Source of the DNA: an uncultured Clostridium sp.
GTDB taxonomy: Bacteria; Bacillota; Clostridia; TANB77; CAG-508
Length of the DNA: 64,000 nucleotides
Reading direction: 5' to 3'
NCBI GenBank assembly: GCA_945946655.1
Contig: CAMEWM010000002.1
Location: 48,927-112,926 of the forward strand
Part shown: positions 59,292-64,000 of the stretch, in pieces
Layout of the letters: each line of letters begins with the position of its first letter
Position numbering within the stretch: the first letter of the stretch is position 1
Made by a program: the position numbers and the translations under genes
The notes under the pieces: generated by a model
What the model saw: only the letters and a program-made list of their open reading frames with translations
Database searches by the model: none
Told to the model about the DNA's origin: nothing

Positions 59292-61232
59292 TTATTTTGC
59301 TATTATTTCACATATTAAGTTGCTTATCTCTGTAGGATTTTCTACTGGTAATCCTTCTATTAATCTTGCTTGTGAATAAAGTACTTTAGTATATTTTTTT
59401 AATTCTTCCTTATCATTTGCATATAAATCTTTAATTTTTTGTGCAATTGGATGTGAATCATTTATTTCTAATGCCGTTTGGGCTTTTACTTTTTGATCAT
59501 TTGGCATAGAATTTATAACTTTCTCCATCTCTACAGATAAAGCTCCTTCACTTGTCAAACATACAGGATGATTCTTTAATCTGTGTGTAAATCTTACTTC
59601 TTGGATTCCTGCGCCTATTGCTTCCTTCATTAGCGCAAACATATCTTTATTTTCTTCATTTTCTTTTTTCAACGCTTCTTTTTCTTCTGCAGTATCAAGG
59701 TCAACATCATTTGCACAAACATTCACAAACTTCTTTTCTTTATGCTCTAGTAAAACTTGTACTACAAATTCATCTACATTCTCTGTTAAGTATAATATCT
59801 CATAACCTTTTTCTTTTACAGCTTCTACTTGAGGTAACATTTCTATTTTGTCTATTGTTTCGCCACATGCATAATATATTTTATCTTGTCCCTCTTTCAT
59901 TCTATCAACATATTCATCTAGGGTTACTAATTTATTTTCTGTTGAAGAGTGAAACATTAATAAATCTTTGTAATTATCTTTATTCAATCCATAATCATTA
60001 TATACACCAAATTTCAATGTTGTTCCAAATGTTTCAAAGAATTTATCATAGTTTTCACGATCTTTATGAAGCATATCTAATAGTTCAGACTTTATCTTTT
60101 TATCCAAATTTTTTGCTATTATTTTTAATTGTCTATCATGTTGTAACATTTCTCTTGAAATATTTAATGATAAATCTGGGCTATCTACCAATCCTCTTAC
60201 AAATCCATAAGTATCTGGTAGCAAGTCTTCACACTTGTCCATTATTAATACTCCATTTGAGTATAATTGTAGCCCCCTCTTAAAGTCCTTTGTATAATAA
60301 TCGTATGGCAAATGTGATGGAATGTATAGAAGGGCAGTATAACTTACATCTCCCTCAACAGATGTACGTATTACCTTTAAAGGTTTTTGGAAGTCACCAA
60401 ATTTTTCCTGATAGAAATTGTTATAATCTTCATCCGTTACTTCTGATTTATTCTTTTTCCATATAGGAATCATACTATTTAATGTTTCATCATATTTTAC
60501 TTTTTCATATTTAGGTTCTTTCTTTTCATCTTTGTTATCTTGTTCAACTTCTTTTTCATGTTCTACTTCCATTTTTATTGGATAACGAATATAATCAGAA
60601 TATTTTCTTATTAACTCTTCTATTTTATATTCAGCTAAGAAATCACTATATTTTTCGTCGTCAGTATCTGGCTTTAATGTTAAGATTATCTTTGTTCCAA
60701 AATCTGGTTTATCACATTCTTCTATAGTATATCCATCAGCTCCTGATGATTCCCATACATATGCTTTATCTGCTCCATAACTTCTACTTTCAACTCTTAC
60801 TTTTGATGCCACCATAAATGCAGAATAGAAACCAACACCAAATTGTCCTATAATATTTACATCATCATTGTTAATTGTAGCATCCTTTCCTTCTGCCTTA
60901 CTCTCTTTTGCAGCAGCTGCTTCTTTAAATGCTAAAGAGCCACTCTTTGCAATAGTTCCAAGATTGTCCTCAAGCTCTTTTTTATTCATACCACAACCAT
61001 TATCTTCTATTGTTAAAGTATGGGCTTCCTTATCAGGCGTAATTCTTATATTCAAATCTTCTTTATTAACTTTTACATTTTTATCAGTTAGTGAACGATA
61101 ATATAACTTATCTATTGCATCACTTGCGTTTGATATAAGTTCTCTTAAAAATATCTCCTTATTAGTATAGATTGAATTAATCATTAAATCTAGTAATCTT
61201 TTAGATTCTGCTTTAAATTGTTTATTCTCCAT
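59292..61232 (-). CDS. htpG: Hsp90 chaperone HtpG
   Basis: [53 protein letters not shown]. Confidence 0.98.
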   Translation of the reverse strand: MENKQFKAESKRLLDLMINSIYTNKEIFLRELISNASDAIDKLYYRSLTDKNVKVNKEDLNIRITPDKEAHTLTIEDNGCGMNKKELEDNLGTIAKSGSLAFKEAAAAKESKAEGKDATINNDDVNIIGQFGVGFYSAFMVASKVRVESRSYGADKAYVWESSGADGYTIEECDKPDFGTKIILTLKPDTDDEKYSDFLAEYKIEELIRKYSDYIRYPIKMEVEHEKEVEQDNKDEKKEPKYEKVKYDETLNSMIPIWKKNKSEVTDEDYNNFYQEKFGDFQKPLKVIRTSVEGDVSYTALLYIPSHLPYDYYTKDFKRGLQLYSNGVLIMDKCEDLLPDTYGFVRGLVDSPDLSLNISREMLQHDRQLKIIAKNLDKKIKSELLDMLHKDRENYDKFFETFGTTLKFGVYNDYGLNKDNYKDLLMFHSSTENKLVTLDEYVDRMKEGQDKIYYACGETIDKIEMLPQVEAVKEKGYEILYLTENVDEFVVQVLLEHKEKKFVNVCANDVDLDTAEEKEALKKENEENKDMFALMKEAIGAGIQEVRFTHRLKNHPVCLTSEGALSVEMEKVINSMPNDQKVKAQTALEINDSHPIAQKIKDLYANDKEELKKYTKVLYSQARLIEGLPVENPTEISNLICEIIAK

Positions 61233-61310
61233 TTTTATTTCATTCCTTTCTTATATTTAAGGTATTATAAAAAATAAAAGAACTATAATGCCTCTTAATA
61301 ACTAACAGGT

Positions 61311-61353
61311 ATTATAGTTCTTATTTTTAGCAAAGTCAATGTTAGAGTGCTAA
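61311..61353 (-). promoter_or_regulatory. htpG sigmaA promoter overlapped by an imperfect CIRCE (HrcA operator)
   Basis: Minus strand TTAGCACTC-N9-CTTTGCTAA at 61327-61353 containing TTGACT; TATAAT 17 bp downstream at 61311-61316. Confidence 0.75.
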
Positions 61354-61382
61354 TTTTCACAAACAATTCACATAACTTTATT

Positions 61383-62312
61383 TTATCTTAAGAATCCATT
61401 GATTATCTGCTCTTCCGCTTCTTTTTCAGATAGTCCTAATGTCATAAGTTTTATTAATTGCTCTCCCGCAATCTTACCAATAGCAGCTTCATGTATCAGA
61501 TTGGCTTCTACGTTATCGGCAGTTATTTCAGGAGTTGCTTTTACTTTTGCATTATCTTTTATAATTGCATCACATTCACTATGAGCAAAACATTTTGTGT
61601 TTCCATATATTTTAGAAGTAAAATGCTGATAAGAATCTTCTGTTGCAACAGATCTTGATGTTACATGAGTACTTGCATTTTCTCCGTTTAATTGTACGTC
61701 AAATAACGTTTCTGCCTTTTGAATACCATGTGTCATTATCTTTTCTGTTACTACAAAATTTGTATTTGCTTCTAATATTCCCTTAGTCTCTCTTACTGTT
61801 GAGTCTACTCCTTTTATTTGGCTAGATTCCATTTCCATGCTACTTCCAGGTTTTAAATAAACCTCTGTCACTGGATTTAATATTCTCTTTCCATCTCCAG
61901 CTCCCTCTCCATAGTGTTTTTCTATATATTTAACTTTTGCTCCCTCTTCTAAGAAAAATCTATGAATTCCATCATGTTGACTATCTTTATGATGGTCATT
62001 ATGAATTCCACATCCTGCAATTATTACCACATTTGCATTCTTTCCTATATAAAAGTCATTATATACAACATCTTTCAATCCACCCTGTGTTAATATTACT
62101 GGAATATGAACATAGTCAAATTTAGTATTTTCTTTTACATATATATCTATTCCCGGTTTATCTGTTTTTGTAACTATATTAATGTTTTCCGTAACTTTTC
62201 TTTCTATCCCTTGCCCGTTTTTTCTTATATTATATGCACCTTTACGAATACCATCATAATCTGATATTTCACTTAGCAGTTCTTTATCTATTTGAGTCTC
62301 TTTATCTTCCAT
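61383..62312 (-). CDS. SufB/SufD-family (SmsB-like) Fe-S scaffold protein
   Basis: AYNIRKNG, HDGIHRF, EKHYG, AHSECDAII, IHEAAIGKIAGEQLIKLMTLGLSEKEAEEQIINGFL; start set to ATG 62312. Confidence 0.9.
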   Translation of the reverse strand: MEDKETQIDKELLSEISDYDGIRKGAYNIRKNGQGIERKVTENINIVTKTDKPGIDIYVKENTKFDYVHIPVILTQGGLKDVVYNDFYIGKNANVVIIAGCGIHNDHHKDSQHDGIHRFFLEEGAKVKYIEKHYGEGAGDGKRILNPVTEVYLKPGSSMEMESSQIKGVDSTVRETKGILEANTNFVVTEKIMTHGIQKAETLFDVQLNGENASTHVTSRSVATEDSYQHFTSKIYGNTKCFAHSECDAIIKDNAKVKATPEITADNVEANLIHEAAIGKIAGEQLIKLMTLGLSEKEAEEQIINGFLR

Positions 62313-62329
62313 ATGTTTTCCTCCTTCCT

Positions 62330-63043
62330 TTAACAATTTTTATTTAATTTGCAACACTCCTTATTTAGTATTTCTTTTTCTAATATTTCAGAGCTTGTAC
62401 CAACTTTTTCTATCTTTCCAGCCTTCATTAGAACAATTTCATCAGCTATTTTTAAGATTCTTTCTTGATGTGAAATTATAATTGTTGATCCTTTTATTTC
62501 TTCACTTAATTTTTCAAATATTTCTATTAAATTATTAAAGCTCCATAAATCTATTCCCGCTTCTGGTTCATCGAATATTGTAAGTTTAGATCCTCTTAAT
62601 ACTACAGTTGCAATTTCTATTCTTTTTAGTTCTCCACCAGATAAAGAACCATTTACTTCTCTATCAACATATTCTTTTGCACATAAGCCTACTTTTGACA
62701 AAACTTCACAAGCTTGAGCTTTATTTATTTCTTTTTTAGCTGCTATTTTCAACAAATCATACACAGTTATCCCTTTAAACTTAACTGGTTGCTGGAACGC
62801 AAAGCTCATTCCAAGCTTAGCCCTTTCATTTATTGGCATATCTGTTATATCTTTTCCATCAAATATAACTCTTCCTGAATCTGGCTTTTCTATTCCCATT
62901 ATAATTTTCACTAAAGTTGATTTACCTGAACCATTTGGTCCTGTTATAGCTACAAATTTCTCTATATCTATATCTAAATTTATATGGTCTAAAATTTTTC
63001 TATTATCTCTTGTAAAACATATATCCTTTAGCTCTAATAACAT
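62330..63043 (-). CDS. SufC-family (SmsC-like) ABC ATPase
   Basis: GPNGSGKST, AFQQPVKFKG, LSGGELKRIEIA, FDEPEAGIDLWS; Cys-rich C-terminus KECCKLNKNC. Confidence 0.9.
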   Translation of the reverse strand: MLLELKDICFTRDNRKILDHINLDIDIEKFVAITGPNGSGKSTLVKIIMGIEKPDSGRVIFDGKDITDMPINERAKLGMSFAFQQPVKFKGITVYDLLKIAAKKEINKAQACEVLSKVGLCAKEYVDREVNGSLSGGELKRIEIATVVLRGSKLTIFDEPEAGIDLWSFNNLIEIFEKLSEEIKGSTIIISHQERILKIADEIVLMKAGKIEKVGTSSEILEKEILNKECCKLNKNC

Positions 63044-63145
63044 ACATTTCTCCTTCTTATTTAGTCACATTTTTGCTATATTAGTATACAACTATTTTAC
63101 ATAATTATCAAGTTGTTATATATATTTTTTCTATAAGCTAATGTT

Positions 63146-63263
63146 ACTAGTTAATGGTTTGATATTTAAAATTATTTATAAATGTTGAATTTGATAAAAA
63201 CATACTTGCAAGCTCCAAAAAACAATATTTGATTAAATTTTAAATATCAAATCATTAACCAGT
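63146..63263. repeat. 28-bp imperfect inverted repeat enclosing 62 bp
   Basis: ACTAGTTAATGGTTTGATATTTAAAATT (63146-63173) vs AATTTTAAATATCAAATCATTAACCAGT (63236-63263); 26/28 complementary. Confidence 0.8.
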
Positions 63264-63269
63264 GCCTGC

Positions 63270-64000
63270 TCATATACTATTTAAATTCTTAGTTTCTGCA
63301 ATAAGTTCATCAAAGTCTGAAATATAGTTTTTGTCTTGTACTATCCTATATTTTTTATATTCATCTAAGGCTAATTTGTCTGCTATTTCTTTTTTTATTT
63401 TTCCATTATCCCTTAAAATATTATACTCGTTTACTTTTAAAAATACTTCTAACTTTTCTTTCCACTCTTGCATTGAAATAATTTTACCTAGTTTTACTTG
63501 ACGTTCTGCATAATCAAGATACATTGACACTAGATTGTTTAATTCTGTAATCTCTTCTTGTGATAAATAGTTTTTTGCTACTGTGACATCTGTTTCAAGT
63601 ATTTTTCCGTCTGGTGCATTTTTCCAAGTTGTTAGTCCCATGTTTTTCTTTTTACTATCTACTCTGTTATAAATTATCTCTGGAGCAGTCATGCCTGTAA
63701 TTGCATAATGTAACTTGTTTTGAACATTTTTATAAAATTCTTGTGTTATTTCACTATTTTTATCATAATCATAGCTACACTCTTTGTATATATCGGTTAT
63801 CTTTTGATAAAATCTTCTCTCACTTGCTCTAATTTCTTTTATCTTAACTAATAATTCATCAAAGTAATCTTTTCCGAATTTAGGTCCATTTTTTAACATT
63901 TCGCTATTAACGACAAACCCTTTTTTTATATATTCTTTTAATGTATTTGTTGCCCAAATTCTAAAATCAGTGGCTTCTTTTGAATTTACTCTATATCCTA
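63270..64000 (-). CDS. Virulence RhuM-family DNA-binding protein (5' end beyond the window)
   Basis: GYRVNSKEATDFRIWATNTLKEYIKKGF, IRASERRFYQKITDIY, VQNKLHYAITGMTAPEII, VAKNYL. Confidence 0.92.
   Translation of the reverse strand, partial: GYRVNSKEATDFRIWATNTLKEYIKKGFVVNSEMLKNGPKFGKDYFDELLVKIKEIRASERRFYQKITDIYKECSYDYDKNSEITQEFYKNVQNKLHYAITGMTAPEIIYNRVDSKKKNMGLTTWKNAPDGKILETDVTVAKNYLSQEEITELNNLVSMYLDYAERQVKLGKIISMQEWKEKLEVFLKVNEYNILRDNGKIKKEIADKLALDEYKKYRIVQDKNYISDFDELIAETKNLNSI

Noticed and set aside
744-62125. Many 60-140 aa ORFs in the track on the strand opposite real genes (e.g. 744-1025, 1131-1412, 7758-8165, 37837-38415, 59618-60283)
   Set aside because: They are antisense shadows of well-supported genes, lack an RBS and have low-complexity F/L/I/S-rich translations
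63146-63263. Integron attC site interpretation of the long inverted repeat
   Set aside because: The ends read GTT...AAC rather than RYYYAAC...GTTRRRY, and no integron integrase is in the window
1-64000. CRISPR array, cas genes, rRNA, transposase or integrase
   Set aside because: No regularly spaced repeats or diagnostic motifs were seen on reading through the window

Overview
This is a 64-kb, AT-rich (roughly 27-30% GC by eye) chromosomal segment of a spore-forming Clostridia-class Firmicute. The gene styles suggest an uncultured gut lineage such as TANB77/CAG-508; that assignment is inference only. Most genes lie on the minus strand. The backbone includes yabG, spoIIID, spo0A, yigZ, an HI0933-family flavoprotein, a ynbB-like lyase, an OmpR/HAMP two-component pair, mscS, guanine deaminase, alpha-amylase, trmB, proS, scpB, a two-OB SSB, a pdaB-like gene, metG, a sortase, rsmA, a ROK kinase, uppP, ppa, a CDF transporter, tRNA-Leu(TAA), a MarR/peptidase/ABC operon, htpG, a minimal SufCB pair and a partial rhuM. 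The most unusual elements are: (1) a ten-gene type IV filament locus (38.7-47.8 kb) that deviates from the canonical pattern throughout, with pilins lacking F+1/E+5, a 64-aa mature major pilin, a prepilin peptidase without GxGD, a GspL-like PilM-PilN fusion and a degenerate MshEN domain; (2) three orphan, GC-elevated single-gene units, each with its own sigmaA promoter, structured leader and long GC-rich hairpin terminator, one of them flanked by complementary 5'/3' sequences; (3) an N-anchored GLUG-type surface protein with a GAIN/GPS-like xFS-Y motif; (4) an FHA-ABC exporter with degenerate FHA domains; (5) a 28-bp inverted repeat after rhuM. No CRISPR array, transposase, integrase or rRNA was seen.
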